64,000 bases of DNA from Vicugna vicugna (GCA_013265495.1 MU057989.1:511513-575512), one strand, 5' to 3'. Counted from the stretch's first letter, positions 26,840 through 39,024 are shown. The notes: generated by a model from the sequence alone, not told the origin. Program-made: numbers and translations.

Positions 26840-27515
26840 ATCACCAAGTTCTACCTTCAGAAGATCCCCTTTCCATCCCTGCACCCCGAAGCCTGGTTCA
26901 GGACACTGTCCTCTGTCTGGACTGCTGGCATCGCCTGTTAACTGGCTGCGCTGCATCCTCTCTGCTGCTGAACCCTCTAATCCATTCTCTACATGGAATA
27001 GAGTAGGTAGCACGTATGATTTCGTCCGTTCCTGTTAGCACTTGTCTGTGGCTTCCCACGGCATGCACGATAAAAGCCAAACTCCTCTCTACAGCCTAAA
27101 AAGCACAGCCTTCCCCTCTCACATCCCACACCACTCTCCTGATCCTGAAGCTCTAGCCACAAACCTTGCCTTCTTTCTCAAACATGACAAGTCCCCGGCA
27201 GCCTCAGGCTCTTGGAGTGCACTGTGCTCTGTGCCTGGAGAGCCTCCTCCCAGCTCCTAGCACACCAGCTCCTCCTTCTCCCTCACATTTCAGCTCAGAT
27301 GGCCTCTCAGACAGGCCTGGCCCCCTAGCACCTCCCTACGGTCATTCTGTATCAGATCACCCCGCTCATTCCTTCAGAGCACTCACCTGAAGGTACCTTT
27401 GTTCATTTTCTTACTGTTTCCCCTGTGGAGTGTAGGCTCCAGCAACCCGGGGTCACACCTGTCTTGTTCACTGTAAAATCCCCAAAGCCTGGCATATTGT
27501 AGGTACTTAAAATCA
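26840..27515 (+). mobile_element. L2 LINE 3' remnant
   Basis: Ends gtcttgttcactgtaaaatccccaaagcctggcatattgtaggtacttaaa, a typical L2 3' end. Confidence 0.65.
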
Positions 27516-28325
27516 ACTTTTTTCTTTCACTGCCATCTTCATCCTTTAATTCCCAACCTCGTAACTCATCCTTAAAGTGACAGAGGAGAGATACTGAGAA
27601 GCAGAGTTCCCAGAGGTTGCTGAAAGCTTCATGGGGCCAGCGACCTCCTGGTAGCAGAACTGCCTGAAGCACTGGCGGGAAGCCTCGGAGTCAGGGCTGC
27701 TGCAGTGCAGGGATGACTTCTATCCCTGTGGGGACTCCTTGCTTGGGGACAGGTGTGCCTGAGGACTCCTGACTGCAGCCATGCTTTGCTTCAACTGACT
27801 GGCTCACTGGTTGCCACTTGCCCCCTGCAGATCAGATTCTATCCCTTTTCTTATCACTGGGAAGTGGTTCTCCTGGGTACCAGTGAAAAGTGCGTCTTTC
27901 TGGATTCAGAGACATGAGCACATCCTAGGTGTGCAGATTCAGTTGAAAAAGGCTCACCTCTAAAGTGAGGCTGAAGAGAGTGGAAAAAGACAGCATAAAA
28001 CCGTCCCACAGGCCTTCACTCTGGTTCTTACGGTTCCTTCCTATCCTTTCCCTTTACTCCCTCTTCAATCCAAGCTAAGGAACCAAAGCACTAAAAATAT
28101 CAACAACAACAAAAAAAGTTTTCTCCCTAGCCAATATTCTGTGGATGAATTCCTTAAACTGCTGCTCATTGTAGTCCAGCTGTTCTTTCTCACGATCCCC
28201 ACATGCCTGGGTCTTGTCCCTGCTCTCCTTACCCTCAGAAGCCTGGACCCACCCTCCCAAAGGCCACCTCTTCTTAAAGAGGGAAAAGTATTACCCTTTT
28301 CTTCACTATCAGGCCCTCCTCCCAC

Positions 28326-28345
28326 CACACACACACACACCACCA

Positions 28346-28385
<40 letters not shown>
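28326..28385. repeat. (CA)n microsatellite
   Basis: Directly visible interrupted CA tract. Confidence 0.95.
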
Positions 28386-28387
<2 letters not shown>

Positions 28388-29239
28388 TGTGGATGATAAA
28401 TGATTGTTCTGGTTTGCTCTTGTTTTCCAGCATTCCCTTTGCTCACAGCAGCATCTCCCTTTGTGAAAGAGCCTCTCCCTATTAGTCGTGTCCGGTCAGG
28501 CTACTCATTATAGTACCCTTCCTCCAACCACAGGAGTGGGTGACTGACACAGGCTGGGCCTGTCAAAATTCTTCTCTGCGATTTTCCACACAGGTGGGGT
28601 GAGAAAAGTTCCGAATTTCCCGGAAATTGCTAAACTGGGACGATGTAAGATGGGAGCTTTCTGCGGTTCTGTCCCACTCTCCAGTCCATTCCTCTTCCAC
28701 CAAAGGGGTGAGCTTGTTTACAGGAGTTTAAAAAAAAAAACTTTTAAAATCATGGATTCAGGTTGAATGGCCTTCACTTATATTCTCTTTACATTTCAAT
28801 GCAGCAGGAGGGGCTAGAGAAAGCAAAGGCATTGTTGTTAATGGTCCTTTTTAACGAAAAACGAGCGTCACAGAGCATCGTTCCTCAGCAGCAAGGCCAG
28901 GGCTAGAACCTGTACTCCTAGCCTTACACATTTTCATACAACCCACACCTTCTCTGGATGAAGAACAATTTAAGAAATACTGTCCTAGTTTCATGCAGAA
29001 GGCGGAGCCTGCCTTCGTCCTGACCCCTAACATTTCATTCATACTTAATTTAAAAATACTCCTCTCTCAAAAATGTGTTTCTTTCTGGTGACAATCCACT
29101 CAGCGGAAAACAGGATGAGGATGGGGAGTCGGGTTGATTCACTTTTCACTAGGCAAGGATGCACTGAGTACTCTTGGTGCACTCGGTGCGAGGGGTAGAT
29201 ACAGTGGCTGAAGAGGAATAGGAGAACAAGTCCTCCGGC

Positions 29240-30200
29240 TTCTGCTGCAGCGAGCCGGGGGTCACTTGCCGAAGGGGGCCTGGCTTCGGGCACAGAAATC
29301 AGGACGGCTCCGGCTGGCTCGGATGGGTCGCGCACCGGGGCGAAAGGCCGGGGCCCAAGAAGGTGACCGCGGAGAGTGTGATGGGCGCCCGGCCTTGGCC
29401 CAGCTGCCTCTGAGACGACTGCCAGCTGCAAGCGGCTCCCCGGCCGGCGTGAGGCCCAGCCGCGAGCCCCTGGCCGCCAGGAAGCGGAGCACTCACCGGA
29501 CGCGCGGATTCCCGACTCCCCAAGCTGGCTCAGCAGCGGGGCTAGAAGTCTGAGCCGGGAACCTGGCTGCAGCGAACCCACTGCGCTTGCTCGCAAGTCG
29601 TACCAGCCGACTACAACTCCCGGAGTGCACTGCGCCGTTCTCGCCAGCATCGACAGACCCAGCAGCCAATAGGCCAGAGAGAACGCCTCGAAGAGCCAAT
29701 CCCTCTTGGGAGGAGGCGGGCCCTCCCGTAGCGTACGTAGTTCCTCAGCCGCCAGTGGGAGTGTCCGTGACAAGCGGCTTCTGCCCCGCCCCCGGCCCTG
29801 GCTCCGGGTTCCTGGTCCCAGGTCCCCAGAGAGGTGAGTCCGCTGCAGGTGGGCGCGGGGTGCAGTTCTGTCAGCGCCGCTGCCGTCGCAGGTGCCTTCC
29901 CGAGCTCTCACCCGGCCACGTAGCTGAGCCGCGCTCCAGAGTGCTGCAGCTTCGCCAAACCCCGGGACCAGCTGGGGCGCGGAGTCGGATCGGTGAGCCC
30001 TCAGAGGCCGGACCGGCTGGGCCTCGGAGCCTTGGGGGCGACCAGCTGCCGCGCCCCCGTGTACCTTGCTCACCAGCAGGAGGCTGCCGCCAGCTGCTAA
30101 CCCCCGGCGCGCGCCGTGGCCTTCCTGGGCTCACCCTGTAGCGCCCGGCGAAGTGCTGACGGTCGGCCTAAGGAGGATGCGGGGGAGTTGTGCAGACTAC
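29240..30200. promoter_or_regulatory. CpG island, bidirectional ZSCAN32/ZNF174 promoter
   Basis: ZNF143 site ACTACAACTCCCGGAGTGCA at 29610-29629; CCAAT boxes at 29666 and 29696; GC box; divergent first-exon donors (minus CG|GTGAGT after 29497, plus AG|GTGAGT after 29833). Confidence 0.9.
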
Positions 30201-30582
30201 CTGGAAGACAACATCAACTTTTCCCAGGGATTCCTACCAGCCTGTTAGATCTGGTTGCGCATTTGCTCTGAGACCTCGTATGCTTGTCGCTGAAATAAAA
30301 GCGGTATTTTTCCTAGTTTCCTTTTAGGACATTATGACTTTACCCGTTTGCAAAACAGTTCAGGAAATTGGCAGAAGAACAGACTCTTCCCACTCCCAGG
30401 AACTGTGTCGTCTTCAGGAGTTTGGGGTCAAGGCTGACGAATGAGGAGGCTCTGTGTGCATCCTTTCCTCCTCAGCATCCTCAGAGGAGCTTCGTTTCTA
30501 CCATCTTTATAGCGTTCAGAGCCATGATCCCGAAGGCTTGAGCTGTTTACAAGGAGAGAGAAGCTGCCTCCTGAGCCCCAAA

Positions 30583-30990
30583 ATGGCAGCTAAAATGGAG
30601 ATAACTTTGAGCTCGCAGACCCACATTCAGGCTTCCTCGAAGCAAGAGAGACATATAATAGCAAGGCTAGAAGATAAAAGGGAGCCCGCCTTGCAAAAAG
30701 AGTGGCCCGATCCAGAGCTCTCCCGCCAGAATTTTAGACGGTTTTGTTATCAAGAGGTGTCTGGACCCCAAGAGGCACTCTCTCGGCTCCGACAGCTCTG
30801 CCGTCAGTGGCTACAGCCCGAGGTGCACACCAAAGAGCAGATTTTGGAGCTGCTGGTTCTGGAGCAGTTTCTAAACATCTTGCCCCCAGAGATCCAGGCT
30901 CGGGTCAGACATCGATGTCCAATGAGCAGCAAGGAGATTGTGACCCTGGTGGAAGATTTTCACAGAGCAGCCAAGGGACCAAAGCAGTGG
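30583..30990 (+). CDS. ZNF174: ZNF174 coding exon 1 (SCAN domain)
   Basis: [11 protein letters not shown]...[50 protein letters not shown]...PKQW; donor GTAAG at 30991. Confidence 0.95.
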
Positions 30991-31966
30991 GTAAGGAGGG
31001 TCCTCTCTTAATACCCGGAGGATTTCTTTTTCATCTGGAGAGTGTTTGATCTCTGGTTCCCTAGATAGACCAAGTCCAGACTTAAAATGTTGCTTCTGGC
31101 CTCTATTTGGAACCTACCCGCTACCACGCTACCCTCCCACTCCCCAGGGAAATGTAACAGGTTTTCAGGAAACCGAGCCACTTGCATTCCAGTGAGAAAG
31201 CAGAGGATCAACTAGGGTTCTCGAATCTTTGCCCACAGATCTCCTCCCACCCATTTCTCTTGAATTTTCCCCACAATCAAGATTCTTAGCAGACAGGGTC
31301 ATCCTGCTGGGTCAGATCTGATTTGGGGGAACTTTATTAGACCTTGTCCCAGTGAAGTATCTTGAACATTGACTTTGAATCAGGAAGTTACAGCTCAGCT
31401 GGCCGGTATTCCTTCCAACCCCCACTCCAGTAGGAGCCTCGGGAGGAAGCAAACAATCATGAAATACTTTGTGCTTTGTGAAATGGAAGCAGTTAGGGAA
31501 CAAGGGTAGGGCCATTTTCTTACAGCCCCACTACTGCTGAGATCTTACCAGGAGAGCCTTGGGCAGAACAATTCATTAGATAAGGATAGTTTTTAATGGC
31601 CCCCACCCTACTGCTTCCTGATCCTACAGGGCCTGTTTCCAGCAGAAGCAGGGAGGCAGGTGGGCATAGGGTAGGAATCTGCTGGGTCAGTGTTATGGCT
31701 GGCCCCACTCTCTGATGACTTTGACTCCAACCCTTGAGAAAGGCCCAAGCTTTGGGGACAGCCACTCAGGAAGTATCGGCTGATTTGAAGTAGCCTCCAT
31801 TCTGCATGTCCTCTCCTTTGAGAGTTTCAGCAATCTCCATCAAAGTTGACCAACAGGCCATTATCAGAAATTCCCAGGGTAAAGCAGTCATTACAGGCAA
31901 GTGAGAGGTCACGCGGCCCTGCGTCAGTCCTTAGTCTGTGCTCTAATGCATGGGGCTTGTTCCTAG

Positions 31967-32189
31967 GTGGCTGTTTGTATGCAGGGCCAGAAGGTGCTCT
32001 TGGAGAAAACCGGATCCCAGCTTGGAGAACAGGAACTGCCAGACTTCCAACCGCAAACTCCTAACAGATATCCCCGGGAGAGCTCTCTGGAGGAGACTTC
32101 CCGGGCAGGATCTCAGGACCAGCAGAGCCCTCCTCATTGGGAAAAATCCCCACTCCTCCAGGAACCTACCCCTATGTTGGATGGGACAG
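31967..32189 (+). CDS. ZNF174: ZNF174 coding exon 2
   Basis: cctag|GTG GCT (VAVCMQGQKVLLEKTGSQLGEQELPDFQPQTP...); ACAG|GTAAG donor, phase 1. Confidence 0.93.
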
Positions 32190-32457
32190 GTAAGCACTTT
32201 GTGCCTCTTCTGGCCTCTCATTAGCCCTTTATCTCCCTCAAAGCATCTCATGGTTCTGAAAAACCATAGACCAGGTGTTGGTTTTTTTTTTAATTTGTAT
32301 GTAATAGTAGATTTTTATTACCTAACAATTTTCATTCATTAGAATGGTGGTGATACTGTGCATAAGAAGTGTGCTTTTATCATTTTCTGTTGATGACTAT
32401 CTGACAGTACAGTGCACAACAGGATCATTCTGGTGCCAACTTTTCTGTCCCTTTCAG

Positions 32458-32537
32458 AGCTTCTTGTAGTGAAGACAAATCCAAATATGTTCACTGATGA
32501 ACTTCCATTCAAGCTGCAGCTGAGTTTCATCACTTAA
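32458..32537 (+). CDS. ZNF174: ZNF174 alternative terminal exon (236-aa isoform without zinc fingers)
   Basis: Strong acceptor ttttctgtccctttcag|AG, in phase with exon 2: ELLVVKTNPNMFTDELPFKLQLSFIT*. Resembles the human short-isoform tail as recalled. Confidence 0.7.
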
Positions 32538-33179
32538 AATGATCCCTTGTTTAGAAGGGGCCTGGACGAGTTTCTGCTCATTAGAGGAAAAACCCCTCTC
32601 CATGCTATTTTCTTTCTCTCTCTCCTCTTGTGACATTGTCTGGACTTTAAACCCCTGTGTCCCTTTCCTTATCTGTCCCTGGTACAATCCCAGTATAATT
32701 GCTGGCCATGCTCTACACAGTCCTATGATTTCTAAGACTGAATGACAGTGACACTTCAGCTGGTCTTGGTGATGTGAATAAGGGTATAGTCAACAGGTTA
32801 GAGAAGAGGGTTGCAAGAAGGCTAGAGCCTTGATGCCTTAAGAGTTGCTACATTCAGTCAAATGCTTTGATTTGATTATTCTCAAAACTGAGGAACAGAG
32901 AAGACTTACCTAGGGCACCCAGCAGGAAAGCCTTGTGAACCTGGCCAAGACCCTGCCGCATAGCCCATGGCCTTCATGGTCCTGAAGAAAGTGGACCACG
33001 CATCCTTCCTTCTCCTGCCTCAGCAGAGGCAGCTGGGTGTGTGTGCTGTCTCTGGCTCCTGTTATTTGATAACAGGAGGCTGAATTCTCATGCCCCTCGT
33101 CCCTAAGACCCAAAAGTGCCTCCCTTTACAGCTGCATCATCAAATGCAGTTCCACTCACCACATACGGCTATTGACATT

Positions 33180-36000
33180 TTATTTATTGATATAGTTCAT
33201 ATACTATAAAATTCACCCTTTTAAAGTATGCACAGTTCCGTGGTTTGTCATAGATTCACACACTTGTGCAGCCATCACCACTCTCTAATTCCGGTATATT
33301 TTCATGACCTCAAAAAGAAACCTATACCCATTAGCAGTCACTGTCCATTCCCAACTCTCCGGCTCCTGGCAACCGCTGTCTACTTTCAGCTTCTGGATTT
33401 GTCTGTTCTGGACATTTTGTTGTCCAGAATCATACAACATGTGCTCTTTTGTGACCAGTTTCTTTCATTTAGCATAATATTTTAAGGTTCATCCATGTCA
33501 TAATGTGTGTCAGTACTTCATTCCTTTTTATGGCTGAATGATATTCCATTATATGGCCATTTTGTTTGTGTATCAGTTGATGAACACTTGGGTTGTTTTA
33601 CACTTTGGGGCTATGATGAATATACTGCAATGAATATTTCTGTACAAATTTTTGTGTAGACGTTTGTTTTCATTTCTCTTGGGTATATACTGAGGAGTGG
33701 AATTGCTGGATCATATGGTAATGCTACATTTAACCTTTTAAAATTAGACTTTTCCAAAGTGTCTGTGCCATATTACACCCAGCAGTCTAGGAGGATTCCA
33801 GTTTCTCTACATCACTGTTGACACCTGTTATTGTCGGTCTTTTTGATTACAGCCATCCTGTTAGGCATGAGGTGGTATCTCATGGAGGTTTTCAGTTATT
33901 TCCCTAATGACTAGTGATGCTGAGCATCTTTTCATGTGCCTGTTGGCCAGTTGTATATTTTCTTTGGATAAATATTCAGATCCTTTGCTCATTTTTAAAT
34001 TGGGTTTCATTCAGGACTTTGAATATATCTTGCCACTCTCTTCTGGGCTGTAGTGTTTGTGTAGAGAAATCAGCTGAGAGCCTTATGGGGGTTCCCTTGT
34101 AACTCACTCTTTGTTTTCTCTCTTGCTGCCTTTAGGATCATTTCTTTATCCCTGACTCTGGCCATCTTGATTAGGATATGTCTTGGTGTGGGTCTATTTG
34201 GGTTCTTCCTGTTTGGGACCCTCTGAGCTTCCTGTACTTGGATATCTGATTCCTTCTTTAGGTTTGGGAAGCTTTCAGTCATGATTTCTTCCAATACCTT
34301 TTCAATCCCCTTTGATCTTCCCCTTCTAGAACCCCTACTATGCGTAGATTGGCACACTTTATATTATCCCATAGATCCTTTATGTTGTTTTCATTAGATT
34401 TTATTTGTTTTTCCCTCAGCTGTTCTGATTGGGTGCTTTCTGTTGTCCTGTCTTCTAGGTCACTTATTTGTTTCTCTGCATTATCTAGTCTGCTTTGTAC
34501 AACCTTTAGGTCAGCTCTCATCTCAGCCAATCAGTTTACCAATTCTACTTGGCTCTTCTTTATAGCTTCAATTTCATTTTTGACGTATTTTACGTCTCTA
34601 AACACTATCTCTTTTAGTTCCTTCAGTACTTTGATCACTCCTTTTTTGAAATCTTGATCTAGTAGGCCATCAATGTCTATTTCATTGATTGTTCTTTCAG
34701 GGGATTTCTCTTGCTCTTTTAATTGGGAGTGGTTCCTCTGCTTCTTGGTCTTGCTCATATCTCTCTGGCACTGTGGCTTAAGGAGTATCAGTTATCTATT
34801 GTGGTCCTTAAGGAGTTTATTTATTTATCTGTCTAAAGCCTATGCAGGAATAAAACTTAAAAAAAGAGAATTTTAAAAGAAGGGAGAAAACAAAGGTTTG
34901 AAAATAGTGTATAATCAAATAGAAGAGCAAGTTGAAGCAGAATAGCAGTCGAGTTGAGATGTCTTTTAAAAACCTTAAAAAAAGGAGAAAAAATTTAAAA
35001 AACCCAATATTTAAAACCTGTGTATAATCAATAACAGGAGATCAAAACCAAGAACAATAAAAATGAAATGAGGTGGAATTTTTAAAATAATAATAAAAAG
35101 ATTTTTTAAAAATTTAGAAGGGATTAAAACTGTAGAAATATACAATTGTTTAAAAAGTAAAGATAAAAAAGTTAATAGAAAATAGAATAGATTAAAAAAA
35201 ACAGTCCATGAACTGAGGAGAAAAAAAGCAGAAATGAGATGAAAAATTATAGGTTAAATAAAACAGCCCAATTTTCTAATTAGAAACAGATTAAAGGATA
35301 TATTTGTAGCATCTACCTATATCACTGTTTTAATTAAACATGCTTTTCATATGAAAATGTTCATTATTATAAGGCAATCTATAGGTGAATAAATGTTTCA
35401 AATTAAAAAAATAAAAAATAAAAATAAATAAATTGGATTGATCTCTTCATTGTTGTAGTAGGAGTTCTTTATATAATCTGGATACTAAACCTTTATATAT
35501 AATTTGCAAGTATTTTCTCCCATTCTGTGGGTAGTCTTTTTACTTTCTTCCTATTTTTTTATTTAATTTTTTTAAATTTATTTTTTATCTTTTTTACTTT
35601 CTTGATAGTATCTTTTAAAGCATAAATGTTTTGGATTTTGAGGAGGTCCAATTTATTTTTTCTTTGCTGGCTTGTACTTTTGGTGACATATCTAAAATAC
35701 TGTTGCCTAATCCAAAGTCACAAAGATTTATACCATTGTTCTGTTCAGAGAGAGATAGGTTTAGCTTTTATGTTTAGGTCTTGGATCCATTTTGAGTTAA
35801 TTTTTGTATATGTTGTGAGGCGGGGGTCCAACTTCATTCTTTCGTATGTGGAAATCCAGTTGTCCCAGCACCACTTATTGAAAAGACTATCCTAAAAAAA
35901 AAAAAAAGAGAGAGAGAGAGAAGGAAAAGACTATCCTTTACCCCTTGTGTTGTCTTAACAACCTTGTTGAAGGGCAACTGACCATAATTGTGTGGGCTGC
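33180..36000 (-). mobile_element. Old L1M 3' segment, interrupted at 34007-35428 and apparently nested in a MER3/MER33-like element
   Basis: Reverse-strand L1 3'UTR/ORF2 on both sides of the insert; MER3/33-like sequence at ~33130-33180 and 36000-36195 (ctagccacatttt...atgtggctagtggct). Confidence 0.75.
34007..35200 (-). mobile_element. Younger L1 5'UTR end and disrupted ORF1 fragment
   Basis: ORFs 34531..34758, 34279..34530 and 34070..34357 give L1 ORF1p (MSKTKKQRNHSQLKEQEKSPE...ISDLEDR...LWDNIK...PRHILIKM...ILKAAREK), split by a stop and frameshifts. Confidence 0.9.
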
Positions 36001-36825
36001 TTTTAAAATCTGAATTTAAATTAATTAAAATTAAGTAAAATTAAGAATTCAGCTTCTCAGTCTCACTAGCCACATTTTAAATACTCAGTAGCCGCATGTG
36101 GCTAGTGGCTGCCATATTGAATAGTGTGCGTGTGTGCACACAAACACAAATTTTCCACATGGCAGGAATCCTATTGGCTGGCACTGCTCTAGATCCTCCC
36201 ATTTGCCCACAGGCTACTCCAGCTCATTTCTATCCTGATCCTTAATCCTGGTGGTCAGAAGTTGTGGAGTTTCTGTAATTAGAGTACATGTCTGGCCCAT
36301 ATCCCAGTTTCCAATCACCTATGCTGTCAACTTTGTAATGGAACACACACTTGCTGGATTTACCATTACTTGAAGAGACAGTGGTGGTCATTCAGTATCC
36401 AGTGTAAGTGAGGTTCTGTTTGCAGCGCTGAAATTTCGCCCCTCTTCCTTCTTTTCATTCAGTAGGCAATACTCAGTTCTGATGGGTTTGCTTTTCCGGT
36501 TTCTCCTTTCCTAAACCTTTCCCTAAAGATGGGAAGGAGGGAGAGGTTGGAGACCTTGGTTCCTAACTTGAATATAAATCAGAATCCCCCCCAGGATTTC
36601 CCCCTGTTAACTGCAGACTTCCAGGTCCCACCGCCAGAGATCCTGGCTTAGCAGTCTTGGGGGAATGGGGCCCCCTACTTGTCTGACAGGTGCCCCTAGT
36701 TAGTCTAAAGTGAGTCGCCAAGTGGAGAACCACACTTGAAGGAACTTCACGGTGTATTTCATAACTCTTTTGCTGCGGTGCTTTCTTCGAAGCCTGGAAA
36801 TGAAACATATCCTTTCTAATTATAG

Positions 36826-37427
36826 AGGCCCCCAGAATGAAAAATGACAACAAGGAAAATCCACGGCCAGAGGGGGCGAATGGAGCAGAGCCGGGTGCGG
36901 TGTCCGTGGGAAGATCCAAGGGGAGTGGTCCTCGGAGCCCCAAACCCAGAGGGGCGGACGGGAACGAGCCCCGCTTGTCCCGGCGGCAAGGCAGCCCCCC
37001 GAACGCTCAGAAGTCATTTGCCCCCTGCCGGAGGCGTTGCAGGGAGCTGGAGTACGTCAGCAGCCCCCTGAAGAGCCACCCCCTGAGAGAACTGAAGAAA
37101 AGCAAGGGTGGCAAGAGAAGCCTGAGCGGCCGTTTGCAACGTCGCAGCCACCAGGCCACCCGCTCGGCCAAGAAACCGTACAAATGTGAGGACTGTGGGA
37201 AAAGCTTCACGTGGAATTCCGAGCTGAAGAGACACAAGCGGGTCCACACAGGCGAGCGGCCCTACACATGCGGGGAGTGTGGGAACTGCTTCGGGCGCCA
37301 GTCCACCCTGAAGCTCCACCAGAGGATTCACACTGGGGAGAAGCCCTACCAGTGCGGCCAGTGTGGGAAAAGCTTTCGCCAGAGCTCCAACCTCCACCAG
37401 CACCACCGGCTGCACCATGGGGACTGA
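36826..37427 (+). CDS. ZNF174: ZNF174 coding exon 3 (three C2H2 fingers); spliced CDS 1233 nt, 410 aa
   Basis: tatag|AG GCC CCC AGA ATG; fingers [69 protein letters not shown]; ends HGD*. Candidate poly-A signal AATAAA at 37875-37880. Confidence 0.95.
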
Positions 37428-39024
37428 CTGCGGGGGCCACGTGCTCTCCCATCAGAAGGAAGGTACCGGCCTCGCCCTCCCCCTGACTTGCATGTAAATC
37501 ACAAAGCCTGTCTGCGTGACTTACAAGGAAAGCAAGAGGTCCCCTGAGGGGTGGTTGGCACCCCTGGGGCTGGTGAGGAGGCCGGAAGATGCTGACAGGG
37601 ATGTCACCACACACGGGGATGTGGCGACTGCAGTGATGGAGAAGAGGTGGCAGGTGTGGGCGCTGGGTCAGAGAGCACCAGGGTGTCTGTTGGAGAGCAG
37701 GGAGTCACTGCTGAGGGAAAACCAGGACGACCCCGCAGGTGTCCCCAGTGCTTAGATGTCAAAGCTCCCCCACGCTGCTTCCTTTATCCTCTAAATATGT
37801 CCAAGGATAAGTTCTGTATAGAGTTATGCACTTGCCCTCGTACCAGACAATCTTTATCACACGCACACTCCTTTAATAAAGATGAGTGATCCATGTGCAC
37901 TTCAAGGCAGAAGTTCATTGGAATATAAATCCCCTAATATTCTTCCCGTGGTTCCTGGCTTTTTGTGACACAGGACACATGAAGTGGCAGTGTGGTCATT
38001 CCTTTTGTGAGGAGAGGGGTAGTAGACAGTGCTTTCACCAAAATAAATACAAACACACACACACACTCTGACGGATCTTTTTATATCAGAGCACCTTTGA
38101 TTGGGGGACAAGAAAATCCCAGCTTCTGCACCCCGACCTGTAGCTATAGAGAAAAGGTAACAAGAAGCAAACAGCAGAGCCACCCCTCATCACAAAGAAG
38201 ATACCAGGGTGAAAATCGGCTGTTCGGAGGTCTCAGGGCTTAGTGTAGTGAATAAATGATCCACATTGTGCAACCACTACCAAAAAGTTAAAAAAAAAAA
38301 AGAAGTAGTGGATATGGGTGTAGACCACTAAGGACACAGCAAAGGGAATCCTTACTACCCTCCTTGCTCCCTCAGGCCAGTAGCTTGAAGAATAACAAAA
38401 TGATTCAGGTGATGAAAATGTTCTAAAACGGAGTCATTTCAGTACGTGTGCTAAAAATCATTGAAATATCCATCAATTTTATGCTGTGTAAGAGAGACCT
38501 CAGTGCAGTTTCTGAAAATGACAAAAGGTTTTATCTCAAATGTTTTGAGTCCTAGAACTAGGCCTGAGGGATCTTCTAATCCCACCCCCTCATTCTCTCA
38601 AAATGTACATTTTAACCCACTCAGCGGACAATGCTTCATCGCGCTGGGCAAGCCAGCCGATCTCCCAGTTTAGAGAAGACTCTTGGTGGACGGTGCTCTA
38701 CCTCAAACAAAACAGGAGCAGGTCATGTTCTTTCTAAAGCATCAGTATTCTTGAGTGATTGCAGTCACCTCAGGGCTGTGGCCTATGCTATTGTGTGTCC
38801 CCCAAGAATCTCAGGTTCCTGCCACTGCAGAGGGATAAGGGCACATGTGTGCATCCTTGACCCCCGAGTCTTTGCACACACTGTTCCCTTTGCCCTTAGG
38901 ACCCGCCACCCCTTCTCCCTCCCCACCTCCCAGCTCTCAAAAGAGTTGTCAGCTCCACAGAGCCTTCTCTAGTCAGACATGGATGTCACCTTGTGTCATG
39001 AGCCCCCTGCTCCACTCTGCACAC

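Larger units (their letters stand above)
20002..27782 (-). pseudogene. ZSCAN32: ZSCAN32 (ZNF434) unitary pseudogene: SCAN, degenerate KRAB, Myb/SANT and C2H2 array
   Basis: Exon remnants on minus: 27782..~27601 (MAAVRSPQAH...QG*KS...[26 protein letters not shown], then truncated), 26510..26345, 24610..24516, 24045..23922 (KRAB-A-like), 22067..21586 (Myb/SANT, TAG at 21933..21931, frameshift near 21651), 20860..~20002 (C2H2 fingers spread over several frames). All match human ZSCAN32 as recalled. Confidence 0.92.

Noticed and set aside
29045..30141. Long ORFs of 342 aa (-) and 184 aa (+) over the CpG island
   Set aside because: GC-rich, stop-poor promoter sequence; low-complexity R/G/A/P translation, no domain, and they cross splice donors.
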